From assembly GCA_951406725.2 (NCBI GenBank), contig OX597814.1, positions 214,210,001 to 214,274,000 on the forward strand: a stretch of DNA of 64,000 nt, given 5' to 3'. The notes below the pieces were generated by a model, which was given only the letters and a program-made list of their open reading frames with translations, was not told the DNA's origin and made no database searches. The translations under genes were made by a program, and so were the position numbers. Positions 25,665 through 39,544 of this stretch are shown one piece after another. Origin of the DNA: Octopus vulgaris. Its lineage: Eukaryota. Each line of letters begins with the position of its first letter. Position 1 is the stretch's first letter.

Positions 25665-28210
25665 CTTTCTGTCAGACATCTCGTCCACTTTTCACTGCCA
25701 CTTCCTGTTTTCATTTCCCAAACCCACACTACCTTTCCCTGTTTCAAGACCTGTAGGCTTCCTGGGGTTATGGTCTTGTAGGAGAGATTCTAATGACATT
25801 ATAATACTTTGTATGGTAGGCCTCAGTAACATGTCTAAAAAAAAGGTAAAAAAAAAAGATAATTTTGAGCATGAAGAAGGGATCTGATAATATTTCCATA
25901 TCATACTCCATCTTAGATTCCACTGACCAAAGCAAAATGATTTGTGCATCTTCCACTTATTTTGATACAGACACAGACACAGACAGTACCTTGTCTTTTG
26001 TGGAAAGAAATGGCTGGTAGGTTGGCAAATGGAGGATTGTTATGAAATAAATCTCCAAAGAAAAAAAATATTTCCATGTAAAAAAAAAAAAAAAATTATA
26101 TATATCCATGTAAATAGCTATTTGGGGAAAATGCCCCTCCCCCATGACTTTTTCTGAAGAAGAAAGTCACAGAAACAGTTAAATGTTGTAAATATTGAAC
26201 AAGTGTAGCAAAGGAAATTTTTCTATCTAAGACTACACATTCCAGTTGCTCTTATGAATTGGTGACCATGATGATTCTCCTAATTAGCTTATTTAAAGAA
26301 AGATGAAGATGAACATAGATAATTATCAAGATACTTTCACAAAGTATTTGCACAAAAAAAGAAAAATGATAAAAGTGTAAAAAAAAAAAAAAAATATAAA
26401 CTTGTTTGAAACATTCAAGAGAAAGATAATTGACTTTTTGTTTCTTTGTTTGTTATTGTTTTTGTTTGTTCAGAGATTTATAATATTTTTTATTTGTTTA
26501 TTCTCTTGACCAACTATTTCCCTTCTGGACCAAACTTCTTTGTGAAAAAAACCTTCTTTCTGCCTTTCTTAAGATATTCATTATTTCACTTTCTGTGAAG
26601 CAACATTATTTCTTGAGCACACAGGTAAACGCATATTACATATACACACACATTTCTGATGCCAAAATTTTTTTTTTATTGTTCTTCATTTCTAGATTAA
26701 ATCTAGATACATTTTCGAAATATCTTAATAATGGTTGATTGATGTGTAAAGAGCCAACTTCCATGTTGATACATTTTGATTTGATCAGAACCTTGTGTGC
26801 TTATTATAACAACATTTCTATGTATTGTTATAACAAAATATTATTCAGTCTAATTTCCAAGTTGTATTTTTTATTTTCCTTTTTTTTGTTCCCTTGAAGA
26901 TCAGTCTCATTCAATTAACTTAGTATTAAATTAATAATGATAAATTAAGCAAAGAAAATATATCTTATATTTATCATGTTAGCTTAATATTCAATGACTT
27001 AAGAAATTTCTGTAACTCAGTAACAAATGTCTGACAACTCACAAAATATTTCTTGCCAAATACATTTGACACAAAAGATTTCTGTCCATGCTAATATGGG
27101 CAACGTGCCTTGTACATAATCATTTACCTTCACTTTCATATATTCCCATAACTTCTGCACTAAAGTTCACCCAAATGTAAAGCCGGTAAAGAAAGACAAT
27201 AATTTAATTTACTTTGTTTCTATTCTAATTGTTTTTTTTCTTAAAAAAAAAAAGGGTTAGATAAGAACAGACTTGAATTATTTTTATCAAACCGATACTT
27301 TGATAATGAAGTAATTAAGAAAATTTTCTCATATTTGAAGCATTTAGTAGAATTATTTTCCAAAGTACATACATTCTCCCTCTTTCTTCTTTACCCCTTT
27401 CTGACATGCATTCTTAAACGCTTTCAGAATTGCTACATTCTATGAACATGTCTTAAACAAAGAATTCCTTCCAATTTATATTTTGTTTGGATTTTAGATT
27501 AAAAAAAAACTAATATTCCTTTGATAGCCATATTTTTCCTATTCATTTTCTTTTTGTCATAGAAATTATAGATAACAGCTCAGGTTTTTATGAGCAGGTT
27601 GTCTCCTGAATATTCTCTTTTAGATATGGAATAGGTACCAAAAGAATTATGTAATATTTGCATCAGTTTTAATTGTGAATTGCAGTTCATAAAAACACTC
27701 TCATATTTTGCATTTGCAACTTCTTTATTTTGATATCAATGCCTTAATACATTCCTCCAGTCACTTTCAACGCCATTCCTAATGCTACCAAATATTTGTA
27801 CAGCCTAGCTAGTTGGTGGCCACTTTTTTTTTTTAAATATTCTCACAAGACACTGGGATTTGGTGCAGTTGTGTTTGACTTCATAAATCCTTAAGAATTT
27901 ACACAGGTATCCAGTGTTACTGAAATGCATACATTTTATTTTCAAGAATAATTTCATCTTATTAACATCATCACTTCAGGTTGCAAATAGTAAAATTCTG
28001 AGTGTCATCCTTTTGTATTTCTAAAAGAACATAGATTTGAATTCAGCTAAATTCAGTTCTTTTTTTTCTTTTGGCTTCCCTTTTTTTTTTTTTTTGTGCT
28101 GTTTGTATTTTGTACAATTTTTTGTTTTGTATATGAGTGGTTGCTGGCAATTTGTAACCAAACTGATTCACTTTTCCTTCATATGAATAAAAACTTTAGT
28201 GTCATCGGAA
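25665..28210 (+). other. Probable long 3' UTR of the STK17 gene
   Basis: AT/U-rich, with no recognisable SINE or LINE for ~2.5 kb in an otherwise repeat-saturated window; candidate AATAAA at 28186-28191. Confidence 0.5.
28186..28191 (+). terminator. Candidate polyadenylation signal AATAAA
   Basis: Canonical hexamer near the end of the repeat-free tract, with GT-rich sequence downstream. Confidence 0.4.
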
Positions 28211-28689
28211 GTGACGAGTTGCTCAGAGGTATGTATAAGCATTGTTTGTTGCATTGGCAAAAATAAGGAATAGTCAACCTCTTCAGTATTAAATGGTTGC
28301 TCTGTAGTCATTGGGGTTTTTTTCCCCAAAAAAAATTAGATTATTTACCATCTTTAAGCTTGATAGATGATGGCTGTTATCAAAATTTTTTTGATTTAAA
28401 TGCCTTATGGTATTTAGTTGTTACCCTTTCCTTTCTTGTTTCAAATCCAACCAAAGTTAACTTCACTTTTCCACTCTCTGGGGGTCAATAAAACAACTAT
28501 CAATAATATAAGGGACCAATGCAATTGATTATTATTTCCTATAAATTTGTGACTTTGTGTTTGTACGAATTCAAATGATTTGTTATACAGTCACATGCTG
28601 AAGACTGAGTTGCTGGATTCGACTTGTCTGTTAACTCCCTACCAAAACTTTCTTTAATTTATTTATACTGCCAAAATATGAAAGCTGTC

Positions 28690-28980
28690 ATGAAGGTTCA
28701 TGGCTGAGTGGTTAGAACGTCAGGCTCACAATCATGAGGGAATGATTTCGATTCCAGGACCAGGTTGTGTGTTATGTTCTTGAGCAAGACACTTATTTCA
28801 CATTGCTCCAGTTCACTCAGCTGTAGAAATGGGTTGTGATGTCACTGGTGCCAAGCTGTATTGGCCTTTTCCTTTCCCTTGAATAACATTGGTGGCATGA
28901 AGAGATTTGTGCCTCAGAGAAGAACTTTGTCGGTACATCTCATGGTCATTCATAACCAAAGGAGTGTTTTACCCTTTACC
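28690..28980 (+). mobile_element. tRNA-derived SINE (family E), degraded
   Basis: tggctgagtggttagaacg...ttcgattcc head; related copy at 44950-45290. Confidence 0.7.
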
Positions 28981-29242
28981 ATGAGACAAGTATATGTTAA
29001 AATAGCATTGTTGATGTCAATTTAAAGCTATTCAGACCACCAATTTTCAAGGAGAGGAGGGCTTAGTCAATCTCATTGAACCCAGTACTTGGCTGGTATT
29101 TTATTATGTCTGGAGATGTGAAACATAAAGTTGACCTCCGGGATTTGAACTCACAATCTGAATAGCTGTAGCTAATACCACAAGGCATTTTTTTTTTCCA
29201 ACACTAATCACTCTGACAATCCACCACCCTAAGTCAATTTAA

Positions 29243-29460
29243 GCCTTTAGCATTTAAACCAGTCGTGTCTGGCCCAGATATTCTACCTGTCTTATGTCCA
29301 AACTGATCAAATCCAGTCTCTCTCATCTACCTTACAATGTCATTCTAAAGATAAACAATCACGGCAACAAAGTCTGAAAGCTACAAGACACTGCATGGTT
29401 AATTCAAAACAATGTGAATAAATAGGCATTACATTTCACAGTAATCTGAATACAGAATGG
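29243..29460. mobile_element. piggyBac-type MITE, degraded
   Basis: TTAA flanks; reverse-complement relative of 62737-62955. Confidence 0.65.
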
Positions 29461-29587
29461 TTAATGATTTATAGAATACCAAACTCATCTCAATAAACAA
29501 TAAAACAGAACTCAGAGGATGGAGAAAATAAATGTCTGACACCAGAAAGTACTAAGCTATAGTATATTTCTATTACCATATATGTGT

Positions 29588-29912
29588 ATCATCATCATCA
29601 ATAACCGTTTAACGTCCGTTTTCCATGGTAGCATGGGTTGGACGGTTCGACCGGGGTCTGGGAAGCCAGGAGGCTGCACCAGGCTCCAGTTTGATCTGGC
29701 AGTGTTTCTACAGCTGGATGCCCTTCCTAACGCCAACCACTCCGTGAGTGTAGTGGGTGCTTTTTACGTGCCACCGGCACAGGAGACAGAGGAAGCTGGC
29801 AAACGGCCACAAACGGTTGGTGCTTTTACGTGTTACCGACACGGACGCCAGTCAGGGTGGCGCTGGCATCTGCCACGTTCGGACGGTGCTTTTTACGTGT
29901 CACCGGCACAGG

Positions 29913-29913
<1 letters not shown>
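29588..29913 (-). mobile_element. RTE-LINE 3' end copy
   Basis: Shared UTR and tail. Confidence 0.78.
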
Positions 29914-29950
<37 letters not shown>

Positions 29951-30389
29951 CACATTGTTGGTCAGTTGTTTTTTTATTCAAAATGGTGCAGGAAACCACA
30001 TACATGTTACTGTGGGCTTGAAATTCACATGTACTAACACATAAACGCATTCAAATTATTGAGGATAGAGGGTGTGTTAATAATGCCACATGGTAAAGCA
30101 AAACAAATACAATCTCTTAAGTAGGATTTGATCCTGCCTCAAAAGCAAACACTCCCAAGACAATATGTAGTCCCGTGAATCTATATTGACGTGGCTTCCA
30201 TGTGTGCAAAATATGTGCAGCTGGTAAATGGACATCTGCGCATAAAGATTCTCATTAGATGCTGTATATATTATCAATCAAGAGTCATCATTTACCAGGT
30301 TCCAGTGTTATTTGGCTTGGTTTCCATGACTGGATGCCCTTCCTAATGCCAACCCCTGTAAGAGTGTAGTGGGTGCCTATTATGTGTTA

Positions 30390-30612
30390 AGGCGGCGAGC
30401 TGGCAGAAACGTTAGCACGCCGGGTGAAATGTGTCGCCGTATTTCGTCTGTCGTTACGTTTTGAGTTCAAATTCCGCCGAGGTCGACTTTGCCTTTCATC
30501 CTTTCGGGGTCGATAAATAAAGTACCAGTTACACACTGGGGTTGATTTAATCTGTTTGTCTGTCCTTGTTTGTCCCTCTGTGTTTAACCCCTTGTGGGCA
30601 GTAAAGAAATAG
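30390..30612 (+). mobile_element. SINE family A nested in an old RTE tail
   Basis: aggcggcgagctggcagaaacg head; tatgtgtta is duplicated at 30381-30389 and 30618-30626. Confidence 0.85.
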
Positions 30613-31688
30613 GGATGTATGTGTTACCGGCACTATCCATGAATATGATATCACATGGCTTGACAATTCATGATTTAAAAGCATAAGTCAGGCTGTTTGG
30701 TCATTATGCAGATCATGGAAACACATTGCTATGATATCCAAGGTTCTGGGGGACTTTTCTGAGGTTATTGGCTATGAATAGGATTATTTCAGCCAAATGA
30801 TTTTTTAGAAATGGAAGCAACTTGCAATTTGTGTGTCAAAGGCTGAAATCAAAATATTCTAAACACAAAGTGGGTGCAACTTGCTTACTGCTATGACAAA
30901 TATTCCAGAATATACGATATCCATTAATTACCGATATCATGTTTCCCACACTGCATATTTAATCTTACTTTTGCTATTTCTTTTTCATTAGATATGCTTC
31001 CACCCACTTAACTATAGTTTTGTTTTAGTTGACTATTTTTCTTGCTCTTCAATAATTTAGTTTTTAGTTATTTACACACACACACACACATATATATCAG
31101 AAGCATCACTAATTTTATGATTTCTATTTAATTCTTGAGGTGTTTTGGTCAGTAGGATAGAGCAAGTGTATGTTAACGATGCTAATCCTGACTAATTTGT
31201 TTTAAAATATTCAATTCTTTAGTTGTTATATTAAAAAAAAAAATCCTTTAAATTAATGGCTCAAAAAAGAAAAAAGTAAAGAAAAAAAGCAGGGGAAGCT
31301 TATATTAACAACCTTCACTTACCTTGCAACACTATTTGTGAGTTGTAAATATAATAACCATAACTGGACTATAATTGAATGTACTACATTAAAACTTAAT
31401 TATCTTCAAAGTAACAATTCATAAATTTTAAAATCTAATTAGTTGTGTAAGACTAATTTTCATTATTATAGATTAGAATGACAGCTAGAAGTTTTACATC
31501 TTTATATTTTGATTTTTGTATCTTGATGTATTCCTTGAGTAGCAAATTTCCCAAAAAAAGCCTTTATATACTGTGGCAATTGAACTACAATACTCAGATT
31601 CACATTACGTTGACAAGCTGGCTTAACACTCAGGGAATAATGGAAATCATCAGGAATTGAGCTTTATATATATATATATATATATATA

Positions 31689-32040
31689 TCATCGTCGTTT
31701 AGCGTCCGCTTTCCATGCTGGCATGGGTTGGACGGTGCAACTGGGGTCTGGGAAGCCAGGAGGCTGCACCAGGCTCAGTCTGATCTGGCAATGTTTCTAC
31801 GGCTGGATGCCCTTCCTAACGCCAACCACTCCATGAGTGTAGTGGGTGCTTTTTACGTGCCACCGGCACAGGTGCCAGACGAGGCTGGCAAACGACCACA
31901 ATCGGATGGTGCTTTTTACGTGCCACCGGCACGGAAGCCAGTCGGGGGCAGTGCTGACAATGGCCACGTTCGGATGATTCTCTTATGTGCCACCGGCACT
32001 GGTATCACATCTACAATTTCCATTGATGTTGATCGATTTT
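31689..32040 (-). mobile_element. RTE-LINE 3' end copy
   Basis: Shared UTR and tail abutting (AT)n. Confidence 0.78.
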
Positions 32041-32996
32041 GGTATATACATACACACACACACACACACAACAATGCAGCATAGATACATATAATTATGT
32101 AAGAGAAAGGGATATGAGCATAACTTGATCCTCACTTATTCCGATTGTTCCATATATTTCAGTATTCAGTGACACACGGATGCAACCAGTAGATGCAGCT
32201 TATAGGGCAAGCATGGAGCAAACACATTGTAAGACAATCGATAAAAAAAAATAACTGCATATAATTATGTATGGATAATTAATATTTCACATTATACATC
32301 AGCCTATGTAATCTATGTATTATATATATAGTTGTACTACAATATATATATGTTATTATTGGTAAGAAACCCTCAGAAGAGATGAATAGCAGAAGGGCCT
32401 CGGAAATGAAGCAATTCAGGCAAGTGTTTCAGCCCTTAACTTCTTACACTCTAAGGGGGCTGTGTTGCATCCAGATCATGACACTTGTGTGCCCTTCTGC
32501 CAATACTTTTAGCCACTTATGCATTTAAACCATATGGATATTTGACAAGATCTAGCTGGAATTCCTCCCTGTTGCCTCAGCTTTCAAACTTATCTTCTTT
32601 GAGTTTAGAAATAACATTGATAGTTATGATAGCTATGAAAGATTATTTTAAACTGGAGCATTGGGAAAATACTTTGCAGTATTTGTTCTGGCCCTTTATG
32701 TTCTGAATCAAAATCTGCTGAGATCAACTTGCTTTTTATCCTTTCAGGAACAATAAGTAGGGGTTAATATCAACTAATGCCCTCCACTCAAAATTGCTGG
32801 CTTTGTGTTTAATTCAGAAACTATTATTTTAAACAGGAGCATCAGAAAAATTCGTTGTAGTACTTGTTTTGGCTCTGTACTTTCTGAGCTTAAATTCCAT
32901 TGAGATCAGCTTTGCCTTTCATCCTTTCAATAAACAATTATTTTCCTCTCATATTAAGTACAACCTCTCATTCTAATTCAATATTTTGAATGACTA

Positions 32997-33460
32997 CATC
33001 ATCATCATCATCATCGTTTAATGTCCGTTTTCCATGCTAGCATGGGTTGGACGGTTCAACTGGGGTCTAGGAAGCCCGGAGGCTGCACCAGGCTCCAGTC
33101 TGATCTGGCAGTGTTTCTACAGCTGGATGCCCTTTCTAACGCCAACCACTCCGTGAGTGTAGTGGGTGCTTTTTACGTGCCACCGGCACAGGGGCCAGAG
33201 GAGGCTGGCAAACGGCCACGATCGGTTGGTGCTTTTATGTGTCACCGGCACGGATGCCAGTCAGGTGGCACTGGCATCTTCCACATTCGGACGGTGCTTT
33301 TTACGTGTCACCGGCACGGGTGTCTTCACTACAATTTCCATTTGATTTTCATTTTGATGTTGGTGTTAACGTACTTGACTCAATAGGTCTCCTCAAGAAC
33401 AGCGGGTCACCCTACGATCCAAGGTTAGCACAGCAGGCCGTCCTGCGAGCCATGAACTCA
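32997..33460 (-). mobile_element. RTE-LINE 3' end copy
   Basis: Shared UTR and tail. Confidence 0.78.
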
Positions 33461-35030
33461 CTTCATTGCTTACAATTTAGAATGTTTTGAAGCAATACAT
33501 ATTATTTATTTCTGGATTTTCATGACAGTCACATTTTGCAGAGAATAAAATGCTTGGTCTTTTTTCATTTTCATTTATTATTAAGTGTATAAGCTACTGC
33601 TTATATTGTTTTAATTTAGGATAAGAACCATAAGCAAGTCATTGTCAAGCATCATAGTTTTCAGTGTCCACCTCAGATGTTTGTAGTCTTACAAGCTGTT
33701 AACAACTTTACTAGTGCCAATGGCACACAAAAAAAGAAAGCACCCAGCATGTGCTGTAAAGTGGTAGATTTTAGAAAGGGCATCCAGCCATTGAAAGCAT
33801 ATGGACACTAGAGCATGATGCAGTTCTGCGACCCATTAGACCCTGTCAAACTGTCCGACCCATGCTAACAGAGAACATGAGCATTAAATGATGATGATCT
33901 TAGAATATGATGGGATATATTTAGCTATTTAAACTTGTATATAACCTGAATGATTGTATTGTTTTCCAAAACTCTTTTGAAATTAAAGGAGTTTGATCTT
34001 TTCTTTTCAAATCTAAAGTGATAAACTTTTCCATTTATTCTTATCTCTATCCAAGATTAAGCATTTTGTCTGAGCAATTCTTTTCCTTCCTATATTAGCC
34101 TAAATGGTTTTCTAGTATTTTGTAAATCCTTATACCTCACACCCATTGTGTGTGTGTGTCTGTGTGTCACTTCCTTCCTCCATAATTCGCAACATGCTTC
34201 TTCTTGTTCTTCTTCTTAAAAAGAATTTTTGCTTAATGCAGAGATATCCAAGAAACGAATTATCACATTACCTATGTCTGTTAAAAGTAGGAAAGTTTAA
34301 ATATCTGGAAATATTCCAAAAAAAAAAAATAAAAGCCTATTTTACTATCTTTCTACCACTTAAACTGTCAGACCATAATTTTGATCCTCTTAACAAATGA
34401 TACAAACTGCATTGTTCATGTTCAAGTAAAAGAGAGAATAATTAATAATTTGACTCTTAATATTTAATGTTTTTTTTTGTTTGTATGTTTTTGGGGTTTT
34501 TTTTTTGCTTTTTTGTCTTAGTAGAGAGAGAAAGAAAGGGGAAAGTATAGGCTGGGAAATGGCTTCATCTCTTAAGCCATTGCTCTAAATCTTGTATTCT
34601 TTCTACAAATCACAAAAATTCTGAAACTTCACCCAGTGACTTTCATTTATATCTGAACATCCAAGTATTATACTCTATTAACCTTACTTCCTACATATTA
34701 GGGTATTAGGTCACTGTATACAAGCTGTCTTAAAAGCATATGAATACTTTGCTTTCACTAACCATTAAACAAAAATGTAACTCCTCAGCATTCACAATAA
34801 TCGCTGTCAATTCTTCCTCTTACGGAACACTAACCACATAAACTTGCAGCTCTTGAAAGTACAAAAGCCTTTGTTCAGAATTAACATGCTTCTGTACATG
34901 GTATATATATTCCTTCAAATAGCAGCTCATGCTAAAACGAATCTCACAAAAACGAATCTCACAGTCAATTTTTCTAGTACTCTTTTTATTTTTTCCTCAA
35001 ATCTTTCATACTCAGATCTTGTATACATTA

Positions 35031-35039
<9 letters not shown>

Positions 35040-35063
<24 letters not shown>

Positions 35064-35320
35064 TGTGTACAGTGCTCAGGTGCACTACAACTCATCTAAA
35101 GTGTATATATAATCAGGTGTAGTTTCGGCGGATTTCGGAAAGCATGAGGGCCTTAAAGGATGCAGTGTCATGGCAGTCAACAACTGACGCAGGCAGTTTA
35201 TTCCATGCTTCAGCAACTCTGAGCGTGAAAAAATGTTTCCGAAAGTCATGGGAGCTGTGTTGTTTTCTGACTTTGTAGGCATGTCCACGTGTGTTAAGAC
35301 ACATGGAGATCAAAAAGGTG
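35040..35320 (-). mobile_element. CR1-type LINE 3' fragment (short-UTR variant)
   Basis: ORF end ...WNKLPASVVDCHDTASFKALML and (ATT)n tail. Confidence 0.85.
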
Positions 35321-35574
35321 TTATATATATATTTATCTATATACCATCATCCTATGTTAAATATAATCATAAGTGTATGCTCCTGAAAGTTTAAATATAA
35401 GGAACACTGACTGCATTTTTATGTATGTTTTTAAGCCAATATAAATGTTTACCTTATATTTTTATTTGCAAAAAAAAAAAAAAAATAAAATCACTGCCAG
35501 TGAAACTATTAATGAATAAACAATAAGAAATTTAATTCTATAGATGTTATAACACTCAAGGTATCTTGTTATAG

Positions 35575-35725
35575 GGACCTTGTAAAGTTCCATCAAATTA
35601 TTTTCACCAATGCATACATATAGCCCTTAGCAACCAGGTATGTTGTTATGTTGTAACAACATAGCTGGTTTCTGAAGGTTGTACGTATGCATTGGTGAAA
35701 ATACTAATAAAGCTTTACAAGGTCC
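35575..35725. repeat. 151-bp imperfect palindrome (probable hairpin MITE)
   Basis: Nested inverted blocks: ggaccttgtaaag/ctttacaaggtcc, tattttcaccaatgcatac/gtatgcattggtgaaaata, aaccag/ctggtt, tatgttgtta/taacaacata. Confidence 0.85.
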
Positions 35726-37902
35726 AATTATGCTATTAAAGGTTTCAGTTAATATTAGCTCACACATTTTAAACCATGCTTCAATCTATTTTCCCAAAAT
35801 AAATGCTCAACAAAGTATGTACTGTAAATTTGAGCATCAGACCCCCTGTATCTAGGTTTATTACAGTAGATTAGTAATATAATTAGATTAAAACTATAGT
35901 TGTAATCAGCAATGATGTGTATTATTTATAACAGTTGTGATTTTTCAGAAACGTAAAGTCTGCACCAAAGTTATAAACTAAGATATAGAATTATTGCATA
36001 TTGACTTAAAGTGAGATCTCAAACATACAACAGTTCTTAAGAGAGATACAATGGAAACCTAATGAAAATAATTACTTCCTTGAACATATAAATAAAACTC
36101 ACTGCAATAAATATATATATATATATAAACTCTGCTACTTCTTACAGTTATGATTGCAAAGCAAATAAAATTGAATACCAATGGATTTTCTAAAACTGCT
36201 TTATAATTGCATTTAAATAGTTTATTTGATGGTACAAATTTTCTCATAGAGAGAATTTTTTCTGCAGCTACTACACACTTACTTCTAAAGTTTTTTATAC
36301 ATAAAATGATTACCTGTTCATATGCCCTCATATAGCCACTACATTGTACAACTAGTATTCTAATCTAAATTATATTTCTCACCTTCAGAACTGCTTTCAT
36401 TTACTATATATTACATATTTACATAATTGTAATGAAATAATCTTCCAGCAAACTAAAGTCATTAAAATATTTCGTATTCCATCCCCCTTAAAATACAGGA
36501 TTTTGAACCCTGTGAAAAAGAAATCATAGTTATATATATAATATCTATATTGCATAACATTTTTTCTCAATTCTCATTGTAAAAGGCAGGAATACTACAA
36601 TTTTACATTTCTCTTCATATTTTAACATTTGTTGGAATAACTATTTCAAAATATAGCCATTGCATCTTACCCAATAGATAAGGTAAATTATTGTTTATGT
36701 AATCAACTTACCTGGAAGTAATTATCACCTAAGTTGTTACCCAATATTTGGTCAGTTTACATTTTCTCACATAAACTTTTCCATTTATTGGAAAAAATAT
36801 AATCAGTTTACTTTGTAAGAAATGGAAATGTTGAAATATTTATTCTTTTCTTGTAGGAATTATTACTATCATCGTAAGTGACTTAGCTTCTGCTGATAAA
36901 TTAAATTAGCTCAGTTTTTAAGAAGCCTATGTAATAGTTTTTGAGGTTTATTCTATAATCAAAATCAGTGATCTTGTTTTTTTTTTCTGAAGTCCTAAAA
37001 ACGAGAGTTTACTATTGTCAAAGTAGGACATCCCACATTGACTAAATATCTTCAAATATTTCTAAATCCCATACGAATTAGAAATAGTAGCTTAACATAT
37101 TCTTCACGAATGTTGATCAAATAAATACAATTATTCAGTATCTGGCATTCAGGCTCATTCGCCTCACAAGGGAGATCACTCTTTATATATTACAAAGAAG
37201 TGTTGCAGTTTCCTATTCTTCAATAATTTTTCGAAAGCGAGAACACGGTCATTTATTTAATAGAAGTGTAAACCTGTCTCTGTTATTTGAACATGCAATA
37301 TATCTCAACGTTTGGAAATCTTTAAAGATAATTACAATTCATCGTTCCTTTAATTAAAAACAAAATATATTCTACAAAAAACGTGTTTGAACAGAGTGAA
37401 AATTTAAAAGAAAAATCAAATACGTTTGTTTCACAAATTTTCAATAACGGCAATAATAAATCTTTCTCACATAGTCTTCATGACCAAATATATGGGTCAT
37501 ATTTCATCCAAATAAATAAGTTCGTTATGCCTTTCAGAACAAAATTCATAAAATGTGATGCTCCTTATTGTATGAAGAGTAATCTCCCTTGTGGCGCGAA
37601 AGTTTATGACCATCCAGTATTCTAATCACTATTATGAAGGTTGTATAAGGATAGTGATACCGAAAGTATTCTGAGCTTAACCTATTCGATTATTGATTTA
37701 TAATGCTAAATGTTCACGTGATTTTATGCTACTTTTATAAGTTGAGCTTAACCTATTCTTTACTAACACCACTAAAGAACCAATGCATAATTATTACTTA
37801 TCACTTAAACAAGATTACATTTTCCTTCCTGAGTTGTTAGTATCTGAAAGTATATAAACACTACTGCATTGCTTTTTTTTGGGGGGCGGGGGTAATAATA
37901 AT

Positions 37903-38315
37903 AAGCGCAGGAGTGGCTGTGTGGTAAGTAGCTTGCTTACCAACCACATGGTTCCGGGTTCAGTCCCACTGCGTGGCACCTTGGGCAAGTGTCTTCTGCT
38001 ATAGCCTCGGGCCGACCAAAGCCTTGTGAGTGGATTTGGTAGACGGAAACTGAAAGAAGCCTGTCGTATATATGTATATATATATATATGCGTGTTTGTG
38101 TATCTGTGTTTGTCCCCCTAGCATTGCTTGACAACTGATGCTGGTGTGTTTATGTCCCCGTTTCTTAGCGGTTCGGCAAAAGAGACGGATAGAATAAGTA
38201 CTAGGCTTACAAAAGAATAAGTCCCGGGGTCGAGTTGCTCGATTAAAGGCGGTGCTCCAGCATGGCCACAGCCAAATGACTGACACAAGTAAAAGAGTAA
38301 AAAGGAAAAAAGGAG
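37903..38315 (+). mobile_element. SINE family B, full length
   Basis: Family sequence. Confidence 0.88.
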
Positions 38316-39544
38316 TAAAGCTTTGCATTAAAATATTTCTTGCAAATTTTTTTTCTAATTTCTTTTTAAAAATCACTTTTCTATTTCAGTTATGAACGCT
38401 TTTTTTTTATTATGTTGTACTGAAATATAGCATGTCTGATTTAACAATACGTTTTTTTTTTTTTTTTACACTTTTCACAGTTTTTTAGTTTTTGATAAAA
38501 TATCAAGACAACTTCATAAAATATATTTTTAAGAAATCTTATATGTTTGAAGACATATTATAACAAATGTATTTTTTATTAAAAGCGAAATGATAAATGT
38601 GTTATGATTCCGTGATCTGTTATTATTAGTTTTGTAATTTTTACATTAAATCATTAAATTGATTGATTCATTAGAAAAGTTAAGTATCTATTACTGTAGT
38701 GTTTTATAATTTCAGACAATATACAACTCATAATTAGCTTATTTTGATGTCATTCCAATTAAGGCCATCAATTAGACAGTCTAGCAGATTTTAAAACAAT
38801 CAAGAAAAATAGACTATAAAAATATCTAAGGGTCCTGTGCAGCCCATTATGTAATCCTTGGTACAGAAAAGGACCACTTGTTTTCCACATTCCAAAAACA
38901 TTCATTGTATCAGACAATCTTCATGGATTACTGGAAAAAAATTGTTAGTTTAATGAGGGTTTTTTTTTATGTTTTTATAATACAAATTAGTAGTACATTT
39001 ATTAACATTATTGTGAAAAAAGTTTCAATGTTTTTTTTTTTTTACAAAGGAAATTTTCTAAACTTCTATATTCCATCTGAGTAATTTTAAATGATCAAGA
39101 ATTTGATAAATTCTTAAAGGACCAATTTATACTTTTTTTGCCCCCCAAAACAATTCTCTAAATGCTTCCTATATGGTTTGTTTTTATTAATTAGAAACAA
39201 ATACACATTAAAAATATTCTGTGAGTGCTGATGTTGACTCCCTATGTAAATAAAAATTGTTATATTTACTGCTAAACAATTATCCTTTCAGCTGCAGTTA
39301 ATTTGTAGACCAATTCACTTACCATTGTCTCTTAATGATCACTCTTTGTTTCTTTAAGTTTAGATAACTTTACCCTTCTGTGTCTTGGACTTTAAAACAA
39401 TTCCATTATAAAATAAAATGCATTAAAAATACTTAACATTATTTCTGATTTTGTTTTGTTTTATTTTTAGTGTTATCTTAAGTTTATTTTGTTTTGAATC
39501 TGCATTTACATATTAAACTTGTATTTCTGTTCAACTCCATTTAT

